A stretch of 64,000 bases of DNA from Bdellovibrionales bacterium (GCA_965242635.1 OZ251471.1:1426769-1490768), one strand, 5' to 3'. Shown: positions 17,701 to 27,055, counted from the stretch's first letter. The notes: a model not told the origin generated them from the sequence alone. Translations and numbers: made by a program.

Positions 17701-19032
17701 TTGACAGCTTATGCTCTCATCAGCTGTTCAGGAGAGCCGTCCCCATCCCCTGCTCCAGTGGGAAGAAAGACCACCAAGACCATCGACCAGGAAAAACAGG
17801 AGGAAAAGTGTCAGGCCAATCAGGGCAGGCTCTGCTCAGAAGACAAAGAATGCAAAAAAATATGTGATGAGCTTTTTTCCACAAACAGCCATGAAACAGC
17901 TTGTCTGAAATTGCCTGAAGAGACAGTTTCTAATTTTGAAGAACTGCTTGAGGAAATGACAGAAAAAGGCCGGGCCGTGGATATGGATCTCCACACTTTG
18001 GAGTGCTTGTTGGACATAGACGATACAGAGTTTGCCCGTGCCATCAGGAAACTTCCTCGTGAGGAGGCTGAAAAGTTTCTGATTGAAATAGCGGAGGACA
18101 AAAATCTGGCCCGGATTTTGGAGGAGGAAGACGATGAATTTAATATTTTAAAGCAGGTTTTTTCACGGGCGGGTTTGGGGAACAGGTTGCGGGATGTTTT
18201 GACGGAGGAGCTGGAGGACGACAAGAGCTTTTTTCATATTGTGGCCGATGACGAAAATAAGCCGGCATACAAGTGGGTGGAGGAGTATGTGGAGGAGATA
18301 TGTGAGGAGAGGGGGGACACCCTGCAATGCCCCGGCAAGAAAAAGCTTGGAGCTTATTGCAAGGCTTTTTTGCAACACTACAGGTCTTATCTGTCCCGTT
18401 TTTTGTCTCAGGGGGATTTGTTTGAGGAGGACTACCGGAGTAAACTCAAGTCCGGGGGCCACAAGTGGACTGTTTCGGGTTTTAAGGATTTTTGCCGGGA
18501 TGAATACAGTGTGACTTCCTCCAGCAGTGGCAGTGGCAACGGCAATGGTGGTGGCACTCTCGTCTGCACAGCCACAAGAGGTTCCACCACTTCAGCCTGC
18601 CCCTCTTCTTCCCCTCCTTCGGAGTGCAAACTGGCGGATGTAACCCTTGCGACCGTCGGTAATCGGCATATATATACTAAATCTGGTGGGTTTACCATTC
18701 TATCCGGCGTACCCGAAGCACAGGCAGGCTCTATTGACCCACCATCTATAGATAAAATTGGACAGATTTTTCGTCTCGAAACGGGGCTAAAATCAAGAAT
18801 TATGTTAAGCAGTACTGAGATTAGTGAGCTTGCCGCCTTACCCGCCCATACTTGGTATTTGTATATGGACGGAAGACGCTATGCCATGACTCCTATGACT
18901 CGTATTGCAAATCTATTAGCGACGGTTTATCGTTTTACTTTTGCGGACCGACAAAATATCGTCGCAGGACAATACAGCATTCATCTGGCTTATGAGGATT
19001 CCAGTAACCATTGCCACTGGATCCGCCCATAA
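17701..19032 (+). CDS. Lipoprotein, acidic Cys-patterned N-domain. Its true start (ATG 17631) is out of frame across the C14 tract
   Basis: The called ORF begins inside a signal peptide ('TAYALISCSG', lipobox LISC). Deleting 1 C joins it to 'MKNSHPPPPAPRHKWWGCLIVSLL'. Pattern C-x5-C-x3-C-x12-C is shared with 54482..55636. Confidence 0.7.
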   Translation: MTAYALISCSGEPSPSPAPVGRKTTKTIDQEKQEEKCQANQGRLCSEDKECKKICDELFSTNSHETACLKLPEETVSNFEELLEEMTEKGRAVDMDLHTLECLLDIDDTEFARAIRKLPREEAEKFLIEIAEDKNLARILEEEDDEFNILKQVFSRAGLGNRLRDVLTEELEDDKSFFHIVADDENKPAYKWVEEYVEEICEERGDTLQCPGKKKLGAYCKAFLQHYRSYLSRFLSQGDLFEEDYRSKLKSGGHKWTVSGFKDFCRDEYSVTSSSSGSGNGNGGGTLVCTATRGSTTSACPSSSPPSECKLADVTLATVGNRHIYTKSGGFTILSGVPEAQAGSIDPPSIDKIGQIFRLETGLKSRIMLSSTEISELAALPAHTWYLYMDGRRYAMTPMTRIANLLATVYRFTFADRQNIVAGQYSIHLAYEDSSNHCHWIRP

Positions 19033-19258
19033 ATTTTCAAGTTTTTGGCCATTCATCTTGCTTATCAGGATTCCGATGGCCACTGTCACTATATCCGCCC
19101 CTAACTCCCTTGAGCTTTTGACTTGCGAGTTATTTCTGGTCTGCCTCAGCCACTGGATCCGCCCATAAATTTTCAAGTTTTTGGCCATTCATCTTGCTTA
19201 TCAGGATTCCAATGGCCACTGTCACTACATTCGCCCCTAACTCCCTTGAGCCTTTGAC
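19013..19258. repeat. 110-bp unit x2 (136-bp period) that begins with the gene's last 18 nt and carries silent copies of its C-terminal tail
   Basis: GCCACTGGATCCGCCCATAAATTTTCAAG... at 19013 and 19149. Tail copies at 19048-19104 and 19184-19240. Confidence 0.9.
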
Positions 19259-19540
19259 AGGCCCTCAATAACAGGGCTTTGGCCGGGGCAAAGCATGAAA
19301 AAAGCTTGCTTTCCTTCAAAAAACCTGGCTAATATAAAGTGTGACTTTATATTGGCCGGCCCCATAGCTGGCTGTGTCTTATATACTGGTCCTTCTTTTT
19401 TGCCTGTTCAAAAAGGGGTGGACGCTGTGCCCTTGAGTTACATATAAACCCAACTGGCCTTAAAAAATTATCAGCAATAGTTAAAGGGCAGAACCAAAAA
19501 GCGGGAAAAATACAGATAAAATTTTCATGGGCAACAATTT

Positions 19541-20689
19541 TCAGGTGGCAAGCCTTAAGATTTGGGGCTTGACTTCCATCACCAAAACACTTTGGTCGCT
19601 CTCCGAAGCTTGACCCTTCGAAAAAACCTTTAACTCATAAAAAATCCGGTTTCTGATCTCATGCACAGAGGAGGCCTGTTCCTCCTTGAGGATCTTTTTC
19701 ACTTTGGAAAGTGTGTATTGTTTCCCTTCCAAATCGCGGACCTGAAAAACCCCGGGGCTTAAAACAACCAGCCTGTCCCGGCCATTTAAACAAACAGATG
19801 GGCTTTTACCACTTTGTTTCAAAGTGGACGGCGTGAGTTGTTTTATTTCCCCTCTTTCCACATGATAAACCAAAGCCACAATATTTCCTGTGAGAGCATA
19901 AAACATCTGCCATGTTTTTTGATTTATCAGTGTGTGAAAAAAGCTTATTTTGTCCAAAGGCGGGGGCAGGGTTGTAAAATCCCTTTGCCTGTCTTTTTTT
20001 AAGTCTCGCCTGCCTGAAGGTTCCGGCTGGACAACCCGATTATGGGCAAGCAAAGAGGAAAGGTGTGCCAGCTTTACTCCCTTTTCCGGGGAAGTTGTTT
20101 GGTGCAGTTCCTCTCGCAACTGGTTTAAGAATTCTTCCGGTAAAAGGGGTTTACTGCTTTCTCTTCGGCCCATCATTTTGAGACGGGCGGAAAAAAGTAA
20201 AGCGGAAAGAGAATAAGAGGCAGAGCTGGAAAGAGTGATACTGAAGGATTTAAAGGCCGTGTGGGGGCTTATTTCATAAAAATCCTTGCCTGCTCCGTCT
20301 TTTTCTGCCGGCTGAAATTTAAAACTGAACTTGCAACCGGGGATAACCGGCAGTTCTGAAGGAAGCAAAATGTGATGAATATTCTGGGCCATCTTGAATT
20401 GCCAGGCCACAGCCTCTGCCACCTCTTTCATCACCTGCTGGCTTTTTTCCAGAACTTTTTTATGTTCTCTTAAGGCCTTGTCTTTGGCCTTTAAAACTTT
20501 TAACAGTTCTTTTAGCTTTTGATCTCTGGTTTTTAAAATCAGCGACAGGGAAGGAGAGGGGAGCTTTTTTCTTTTGGTTTTTTTGCTCAGCTGTGGGTCA
20601 GCTGTCTTTGGCCCTGCTGATTTGGTTGTTGACTTTGTTATTGAGAGAGTCGGCCTCTTTTTATTTTTTTGGGGCATTATTTTCTCCAA
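19541..20689 (-). CDS. SpoIIE/PP2C-like domain protein, apparently degenerate
   Basis: 'AQNIHHILLPSELPVIPGCKFSFKFQPAEKDGAGKDFYEIS' follows the RsbU/SpoIIE pattern. The metal-binding Asp motifs look replaced (GKDFYE, 'LSSSASYS'). Confidence 0.5.
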   Translation of the reverse strand: MEKIMPQKNKKRPTLSITKSTTKSAGPKTADPQLSKKTKRKKLPSPSLSLILKTRDQKLKELLKVLKAKDKALREHKKVLEKSQQVMKEVAEAVAWQFKMAQNIHHILLPSELPVIPGCKFSFKFQPAEKDGAGKDFYEISPHTAFKSFSITLSSSASYSLSALLFSARLKMMGRRESSKPLLPEEFLNQLREELHQTTSPEKGVKLAHLSSLLAHNRVVQPEPSGRRDLKKDRQRDFTTLPPPLDKISFFHTLINQKTWQMFYALTGNIVALVYHVERGEIKQLTPSTLKQSGKSPSVCLNGRDRLVVLSPGVFQVRDLEGKQYTLSKVKKILKEEQASSVHEIRNRIFYELKVFSKGQASESDQSVLVMEVKPQILRLAT

Positions 20690-21720
20690 TAGAGGTTTTC
20701 CGGCCAGTTTTTCAGTATGTTTATCAGTGCCTGCATTCTTTCCGGGGGGGTTATGATCCGGACACCTGGGCTTTTTTTATCAGGTGTGCCATTGGAAAAG
20801 CCGGCGGAGGAAGGGGCGGGGCCTGACAGGGATTTTTTTAAGCCTTCAATTTCGTTGTTACAGGTCATGATTTGCTGTTGACTGACTTTGTCAAAGCTCT
20901 CAAGTGCATGTGCAAAAGCTTTTTCCCCTGTAAGCTGTTGGACCTCTTTTAAGGAATGGCAGGCTTTTAAAGCCATGCGACCTTCTCCTTTTCCGTTCAT
21001 CCGGTGGGGTTCTCGCCCCTTTCTCCCGGTCTCCTCAAAAAAATTAGTTACATGCAGAAGATGAACAGCAAAGGAATTAAACACCCCTTCTTTCATATCC
21101 TTGAAAGTGGTTTTGTTTTCTTTGTTTCTGATGTCAAAATCCAACAGATCATCCGCTCTTTGAAAAATCAGGCCCATAATCCGGCCGATGGTATTTAACT
21201 GTTTCTGAAGGTTTTCTTCATAAAAGCCTTTTAGCAAAAAAGGGGCTCTCAAGCTCCACTGAAAAAGAGAGGCGGTTTTTAATTCATGTGCTTTTTCCAG
21301 ACTTTCCATGCTCTCCTGATCTTTGATCTCTGCCTGAAGCCATTCTCCTTTGACCAGCTTTTTCAGGGTGCGGGCGGTCAGCTCTGTCAAGGGGATATTG
21401 GCCAGCCGGGCGGTCTCCTCTGCCGATTCCGCCAAAAGGTAATCTCCTGCCAGAACAGCTTTTTTTAAGGAATACCGCCTCCAGCCGGAGAGTGTGCCCC
21501 GACGTGTGGGGGAGGCGTCAATAACATCATCGTGAAGAAGAGAGGCCTGATGAATATACTCCACTATCCGGCACAGGATTTTCTGTTGTTTTGGTGGAAT
21601 ATTCAGGCAGTCAGCCACCTCCCCTGTGAGACGGGCCCTTAAGCCCTTGCCTCCTGAAAAAAGATTTTGATATATATTATTTTTGTTGGAAATATCCAGA
21701 TTAAGAGGCGGGATGACCAC
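20677..21720 (-). CDS. Polyprenyl diphosphate synthase (trans-IPPS)
   Basis: First DDxxD 'LLHDDVID', second 'FQRADDLLDF'. 13-nt overlap with the downstream gene. Confidence 0.85.
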   Translation of the reverse strand: MVIPPLNLDISNKNNIYQNLFSGGKGLRARLTGEVADCLNIPPKQQKILCRIVEYIHQASLLHDDVIDASPTRRGTLSGWRRYSLKKAVLAGDYLLAESAEETARLANIPLTELTARTLKKLVKGEWLQAEIKDQESMESLEKAHELKTASLFQWSLRAPFLLKGFYEENLQKQLNTIGRIMGLIFQRADDLLDFDIRNKENKTTFKDMKEGVFNSFAVHLLHVTNFFEETGRKGREPHRMNGKGEGRMALKACHSLKEVQQLTGEKAFAHALESFDKVSQQQIMTCNNEIEGLKKSLSGPAPSSAGFSNGTPDKKSPGVRIITPPERMQALINILKNWPENLYWRK

Positions 21721-21825
21721 AGTTGTTTCTCCTTAAAATGACGGGCCACTGTTTAATGGCCCATAAAAAACCTCGATATTTGAGCAAGTGCCCCTTTTTT
21801 GAACAGCCTGTTTCCAAGAACTGTC

Positions 21826-21867
21826 ATTCCCACGAAAACATGCCCCAGCGTTTGCGGGGGCGGGAAT
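21826..21867. repeat. Expanded or degenerate REP copy
   Basis: GTTTCCAAGAACTGTCATTCCCACGAAAACATGCCCCAGCGTTTGCGGGGGCGGGAAT. The left arm is identical to the copy at 27035-27057. Confidence 0.7.
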
Positions 21868-21888
21868 GTGGCCCGAAAAAAACCTTTT

Positions 21889-22644
21889 TCAGAGGCGATC
21901 GTAGTCCACCTCAAAAAGCCGGTAATCAATATTGTATCTTGTGTCCCAAAGGTGTTCTCTTTTCTCTTCCACTTCGTTTTTGATCTTGTTCAGCTGAACA
22001 TGATCACAGTTTTCCTGCTCCGCTTTTCCTATAATAAGCAACACCCCCAAGCGACTGTCAGGGAACTCTGTCATGGTGTCTATGTATTCAGTCAGAGAAG
22101 GGCAGGTGGCAAAAAAATCCGCTTTTTTGAGTGCGTTTACAAAAGTAAGCTGGTCTGTTTGTTGCTTGAGCTGGCATGTCAGGGAAAAAGCTTGATACGA
22201 CCTTTTATGCTCTTCATACATCCGCCATTCATCAGAAGATTCAGAGCTTTTGGGAAAGAGGGGCGGAGGTGGAACTTCATACATCAGCCATGCAAGAGAA
22301 GATTCAGAGCAACAGTTATTAAAGTCTATGGCCATTTGCATAAGCCGGTTCTTTACACTGTCTGTATAGTTTTTATGGATGGCCAAATGCCCGGCCAAAT
22401 CACTGATGGGAGGACCACATGGATAGGCCCCGGACTGTATGTCATAAAAAAACAGGTTGCCTTGGATCGGAATCCCAATTTCTGGCTGGCCATAGCTATT
22501 CTCTTTAAGGCAGATTTCACCCTTGGGACAGGTTCCATTTTTGAGTGTCCCTGTTGTGCGTGCTTCCCCCTCCTCCGCCATGGCCGGGAGGGCAAAGAAA
22601 CAGGCCATAAGGCCCAAGAGCAGAAGGTTCATTATTTTTCTCAT
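21889..22644 (-). CDS. Secreted hypothetical protein
   Basis: Signal peptide 'MRKIMNLLLLGLMACFFALPAMAEEGE'. Preferred over the antisense ORF 21799..22911. Confidence 0.55.
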   Translation of the reverse strand: MRKIMNLLLLGLMACFFALPAMAEEGEARTTGTLKNGTCPKGEICLKENSYGQPEIGIPIQGNLFFYDIQSGAYPCGPPISDLAGHLAIHKNYTDSVKNRLMQMAIDFNNCCSESSLAWLMYEVPPPPLFPKSSESSDEWRMYEEHKRSYQAFSLTCQLKQQTDQLTFVNALKKADFFATCPSLTEYIDTMTEFPDSRLGVLLIIGKAEQENCDHVQLNKIKNEVEEKREHLWDTRYNIDYRLFEVDYDRL

Positions 22645-22835
22645 TGTCTTTACTCCTTTTGTGGGTTACTTTTCTTGGGAGAGCTAAAAAACCAAGCTCT
22701 TCAACCTAAACTAAGCCCTGATAATCCCTCCATGTCAAGCCTTATCTGGAGGATAAAGATATTCAGTGCAGGAAGTCAAGCGGAAAGTCCCTGCTTTTTG
22801 TCTGTATCCCCGGCAAAACAACCCAAAAAGGGGTG

Positions 22836-23657
22836 TCACTTTACGGCTCTGGTGGAGATCACCTGTGGCATTATGGAGTCCAGAGGTTCTTTCTCATCCT
22901 TTCCCCAATAAGTTTCATAAAGCCCTGTTATTTTAAATCCGGCCTCTGTCTGTCCGCCTATCAGGTCTGTCAGGCTGTGGCTGAACTCAAAACCATGCTC
23001 CCCTTTTTTTATTTTGGATTTTATGTCCTGAGCACTTAAGGATTCCAGGTCAGAGTAAGGAATTTTATGGATCATTTTCATCTCCCCTTTGGTTTCGTAA
23101 AGCCTCCAGTCCAAAGAGTAACAAACCGGATTGGTGAATTCTGTTACAAAAACCCCCTTGGGTTTCAAAACCCTGAAAACCTCCCTGTAAACTTTTTTTA
23201 TATTCCGGGTCCAACAGGAAGACACCCCGTTCAGAACAAAATCAAAGCTTTCATCTTTAAAAACTTGTAGATTCTCCATTTCCCCCTTTTCAATTTTGAG
23301 CTTTTCGCCTTCCTGCTGGCAGACCTCCCGGTCTTTTTTCAACTGCTCTTCGGAAAAATCAAAGGAGGTGACCTGTGCCCCTGTGGCACATAAAAGGGGT
23401 ATTTGCTGGCCACCGGCCAAGGCCAGGCCCAACACACTCAAGCCCTTCCAGCTCTCAGGTTGCCAGGCACGGGGCATAATATCCAGCTGACCCTGTCGGG
23501 CTTTTTCCACTAACTCTTTGGACACTTTTCGGCTCCAGGGGCCTTCGGCCCTGGACCATTCGTTCCAAAACTTCCGGTTGGACTCTATATAATCGATCAT
23601 GGCCTTTTCCTGCATGTTCAGCCTGTCCTGAATAAATCCCTTTTCTTCCACCGTCAT
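22836..23657 (-). CDS. Class I SAM-dependent methyltransferase
   Basis: Motif I-like 'VLGLALAGGQQIPLLCATGAQVTSFDFSEEQL'. Motif post-I/II 'FDFVLNGVS', 'LKPKGVFV'. Confidence 0.7.
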   Translation of the reverse strand: MTVEEKGFIQDRLNMQEKAMIDYIESNRKFWNEWSRAEGPWSRKVSKELVEKARQGQLDIMPRAWQPESWKGLSVLGLALAGGQQIPLLCATGAQVTSFDFSEEQLKKDREVCQQEGEKLKIEKGEMENLQVFKDESFDFVLNGVSSCWTRNIKKVYREVFRVLKPKGVFVTEFTNPVCYSLDWRLYETKGEMKMIHKIPYSDLESLSAQDIKSKIKKGEHGFEFSHSLTDLIGGQTEAGFKITGLYETYWGKDEKEPLDSIMPQVISTRAVK

Positions 23658-23843
23658 CCCTTTTCTTCCCCTGTCATTCCCGCGAAAGCGGGAATCTGGT
23701 CGTTTCCCTTTTCATTGACCGTCATTCCTTTTCTTTCACTGTCATTCCCGCGAAAGCGGGAATCTGGTCGTTTCCCTTTTCATTGACCGTCATTCCTTTT
23801 CTTTCACTGTCATTCCCGCGAAAGCGGGAATCTGGTCATTCCC
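23658..23843. repeat. 68-bp tandem repeat x ~2.7, each unit containing one REP hairpin
   Basis: CTGTCATTCCCGCGAAAGCGGGAATCTGGTC starts at 23671, 23739 and 23807. Confidence 0.95.
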
Positions 23844-24053
23844 TTGAGAATAAATGACTATTTTAGCTTGAATTGGTTTTTTCAGGATAGACTGTTGAAT
23901 TTTGCTTTTTAGCACTGATTTGTCAAGACCAAAGTGTTGTATTACCATGCCCAAGTATGTTAGAGTGTTTACAACACTTTGAATTAAGAAGAAACCTTCA
24001 AAGGGTGTCAAAAAAAGGGGGTTTGTCAAACCCTTGTGTTCAAAGTCCGTGCC

Positions 24054-24545
24054 ATGAGAGGGTTTACCTGTGGAAAAAGTAATGACAAGGGGACAAATTT
24101 GAGCCGTCACAGAATTTTTTTGTTTCTTTTGTTTTACTGCCTTGTTTGGCCTGTTTCAGCCCGATCGGCCTCTGCCTCTGTTGAAAGCTTTTGTCGGGAA
24201 AAATCCAAACTGTTTTCTTTTAAAATCCCTTTTTCCAGGGCTGTCTCTGTTTTTAAAAGAGATGGAAGCCGGCAATGTGAAGAGGGCACAGGAACACCTG
24301 CAAAAGAGATGGCCAAAGAGCTTAAATCGGCTGGCATCCGGGTTTTGAAATCAGCAAAAGGGCATTTGCCAAAGGGGCGGGGCATGGCTCTTTGTGGTGC
24401 CCCCACACACAATATCAATATTTTTTATATTTCCCCAAAGCATGAAAAAAAGGCCCTTGAAAAAGGCTTTCAGGCCTGCAAATCAGGCGAATCGGGCAAA
24501 AAAGCCCAAAAAACCGGGCCAAAACAGGCTTTTTTGGCCCCCTGA
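24054..24545 (+). CDS. Hypothetical exported protein (start uncertain)
   Basis: Hydrophobic 'IFLFLLFYCLVWPVSARSASA' after a basic n-region. No recognised domain. Confidence 0.35.
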   Translation: MRGFTCGKSNDKGTNLSRHRIFLFLLFYCLVWPVSARSASASVESFCREKSKLFSFKIPFSRAVSVFKRDGSRQCEEGTGTPAKEMAKELKSAGIRVLKSAKGHLPKGRGMALCGAPTHNINIFYISPKHEKKALEKGFQACKSGESGKKAQKTGPKQAFLAP

Positions 24546-24688
24546 ACCTCAATCTTAACATAATCTTAACATTATAAATTTGACTTCAGCTGAGTCTTCA
24601 GCTATAAACCCTGTAGGTGACCTTGGTTTTTATTCAGGAACCAGGTTAAAAATGCCGTTTGTTAAACTGTCCAAAAAGGGGGTGTATC

Positions 24689-25306
24689 ATGTTGTCAAAA
24701 TGGTTTATATTTTCTGTTCTTTGTTTCACTTTTTCTGCCTTTGCCTTACCTGTCGCTGAAGAAGGACCAGGCATTCCCCCTATAATTATAGAGCGGGCGG
24801 AGGGACCAGGCATTCCCCCTATAATTATAGAGCGGGCGGAAGACTGGCCTGTCCATGTGGCCTATGGCGAAGGTCCTGTCAGAGAGTGTCCAGATGAAGT
24901 GGAAGGGCTTGGCAAGCGTAAAGACATTTGGCTACCTGATCCAACAATATACATATACGAAGCAGACAAAAGATGCCGTGACACTGTGGGTCCGGGCACT
25001 TTGCCTGTCCATGTGGCCGTGGGCACAGGAGTTGTTATTGAGCAGGCCGGTGAAGAAGAAGGTCCGGGCATCCCCCCTATGATCATTAAAACAGCAGAAG
25101 GATTTTATTTCGTGTGTCCTGAAGGGGGCGAGGAAAGTGTTTGTATTAACTCCTTATTGAGTGCGGTGGGGGATAATGAAAAAGGCCCCACTGTCCTGAT
25201 TAACCAAGAGGGTGTGCCATTGGTGGATTGGGACTGGGCTGTCCATTATATGCCAGTTGTTCCAAAAACAGGGGTTGAACGGGCAGACATGCTGGCAGGA
25301 TTGTGA
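24689..25306 (+). CDS. Secreted repeat protein
   Basis: GGGGG RBS. Signal 'MLSKWFIFSVLCFTFSAFALPVA'. Repeats 'EGPGIPPIIIERAE' x2 plus a third degenerate copy. Confidence 0.55.
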   Translation: MLSKWFIFSVLCFTFSAFALPVAEEGPGIPPIIIERAEGPGIPPIIIERAEDWPVHVAYGEGPVRECPDEVEGLGKRKDIWLPDPTIYIYEADKRCRDTVGPGTLPVHVAVGTGVVIEQAGEEEGPGIPPMIIKTAEGFYFVCPEGGEESVCINSLLSAVGDNEKGPTVLINQEGVPLVDWDWAVHYMPVVPKTGVERADMLAGL

Positions 25307-25469
25307 GATATATTTGACCAAAATCTCCCCCAGGCGAACCTCCATCTCATCCATAATATTATAATTGTCATACTACGCCATTTGTATTGATATGGCAACA
25401 GCCGGCTTTTTTGGAGCAAAATCCAAAAAAAGCTTGACTTTTTTGGATTATTGTCCAATATTATCCAAT

Positions 25470-26621
25470 ATGCACTCAAATTCCTTCTCCCGCTCAAGTC
25501 AGGCTTTTTTGTTAAAAGACCTGAAAAAGAAGATGGTTTTTTTGACCGGCCCCCGGCAAACAGGTAAAACCTGGCTTGCCAGACAGCTGATGAAACATTA
25601 CAAAAATCCTCTTTATCTCAACTATGATTCCCTTAAGGACCAGAAACTGATTTATGAACAATCCTGGCCAGAATCCTGTGATTTGATTATCTTTGATGAA
25701 ATCCACAAAATGGATCAATGGAAAAACCACCTCAAAGGGGTTTTTGACACGCGTCCTCACCAACAACATATTTTGGTGACAGGCAGTGCAAGGCTTGAGC
25801 ATATCAGCCGATCGGGCGATTCTTTGGCTGGTCGTTATTTATCTCATACTCTTTTGCCTTTTTCGCTTTTTGAACTCAGAAAGAGCGTGCCCGACTTCCC
25901 CTTTCAAAAACTTTTGGAAAGAGGGGGATTTCCAGAACCTCTTTTACTTTCTGAAGATGACAATTCAGCATGGAGATGGCGGGAGCAGTATCTTTTCTCT
26001 CTGATAAGGGAGGATATTCCTGATTTTAAAAGCTTTCAAAACTATAAAAAACTGGAAACTCTTTTGTTTCTGCTTAAAGAGCAGGTGGGCTCCCCTGTAT
26101 CTGTTCAGTCTCTGGCACTCACTTTAAAGGTGGATCATAAAACGATTATGAGGTATTTGTCTGTTTTGGAGGATCTGTTTATTGTGTTTTCCGTTCCTGC
26201 TTTCTCCAAAACCATCACTCGCTCTCTCTCCAAACAAAAGAAAATATATTTTTACGATTTTGCCTTTATGGATTCAGCGGATAAAGGAAAAAAGCTTGAG
26301 AACCTGGTGGCTTTGCATTTGTTAAAAAAGTCCCTCTTTTTAAAAGAAACTTGCCCCAGGGAGGCTTCCACTTTATATTATTTGAGAACAAAAGATCAAA
26401 AGGAAGTGGATTTTTTGTTGGTGAAAGGCCGGGCCCCTCAGCTTATGGTGGAGGTTAAGACAGCAGAGGTGGCTTTCAGCAAAAGCCTGATCTATTTTTA
26501 TGACCGATATAATATCAAGGGGGTTCAGTTGTCTTTGAACCTTAAGAGGCCCCAACAAATAAAGGGCCGGAAAATTTTTTCTGAGGACTTGGAAACTTTT
26601 TTATTAAACCTTAAGGTGTGA
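25470..26621 (+). CDS. AAA ATPase of the AAA_14 + DUF4143 type (second copy, divergent)
   Basis: Walker A 'LTGPRQTGKTWLA', Walker B 'LIIFDEIH'. ORF open from 25365. Confidence 0.8.
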   Translation: MHSNSFSRSSQAFLLKDLKKKMVFLTGPRQTGKTWLARQLMKHYKNPLYLNYDSLKDQKLIYEQSWPESCDLIIFDEIHKMDQWKNHLKGVFDTRPHQQHILVTGSARLEHISRSGDSLAGRYLSHTLLPFSLFELRKSVPDFPFQKLLERGGFPEPLLLSEDDNSAWRWREQYLFSLIREDIPDFKSFQNYKKLETLLFLLKEQVGSPVSVQSLALTLKVDHKTIMRYLSVLEDLFIVFSVPAFSKTITRSLSKQKKIYFYDFAFMDSADKGKKLENLVALHLLKKSLFLKETCPREASTLYYLRTKDQKEVDFLLVKGRAPQLMVEVKTAEVAFSKSLIYFYDRYNIKGVQLSLNLKRPQQIKGRKIFSEDLETFLLNLKV

Positions 26622-27055
26622 CTGTCAGGCAGTTCGGCCTTTTCGAAATCCCACCTTCACCTCCACATTCTCATTTTTGAACGTACTCTTTTGCCCTTCC
26701 AAAGTCTAACTTTCACAAAAAAAAGGGCAAAAGTCAAAATACCTTACTACCGGCATGTTTATATTTTGACACTTTTTGGATATATTTGGACAAAATGCCA
26801 GCCTATTGTCTGAGGTGCATCAAATTATTTGCCACATCTGAAATCTCAAAAAACATTTTTTAGAGCAAAAAGAGCAAAACCACTTTTTTTTCAGGACCTG
26901 TGCCCTGTTTTTTATTTTTCATAATAATACTTGGCTCCAAAGGTCTGGGATGTCCTCCATTTTTGCATGCCTTATTAAGTGGTCGGTCCTGAAAAACCTG
27001 ACATTTTGAGCAAATGGTCCTTTTTCAGACAGTTTGTTTCCAAGAACTGTCATTC

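Noticed and set aside
18967-19258. Diversity-generating retroelement (VR/TR pair) at the lipoprotein C-terminus
   Set aside because: No reverse transcriptase ORF lies nearby. Differences between the expressed tail and the downstream copies are not restricted to adenine positions of a template.
21799-22911. 370-aa plus-strand ORF
   Set aside because: It is antisense to 21889..22644, which has a convincing signal peptide. It overlaps the methyltransferase 3' end, has an odd composition and no recognisable motif.
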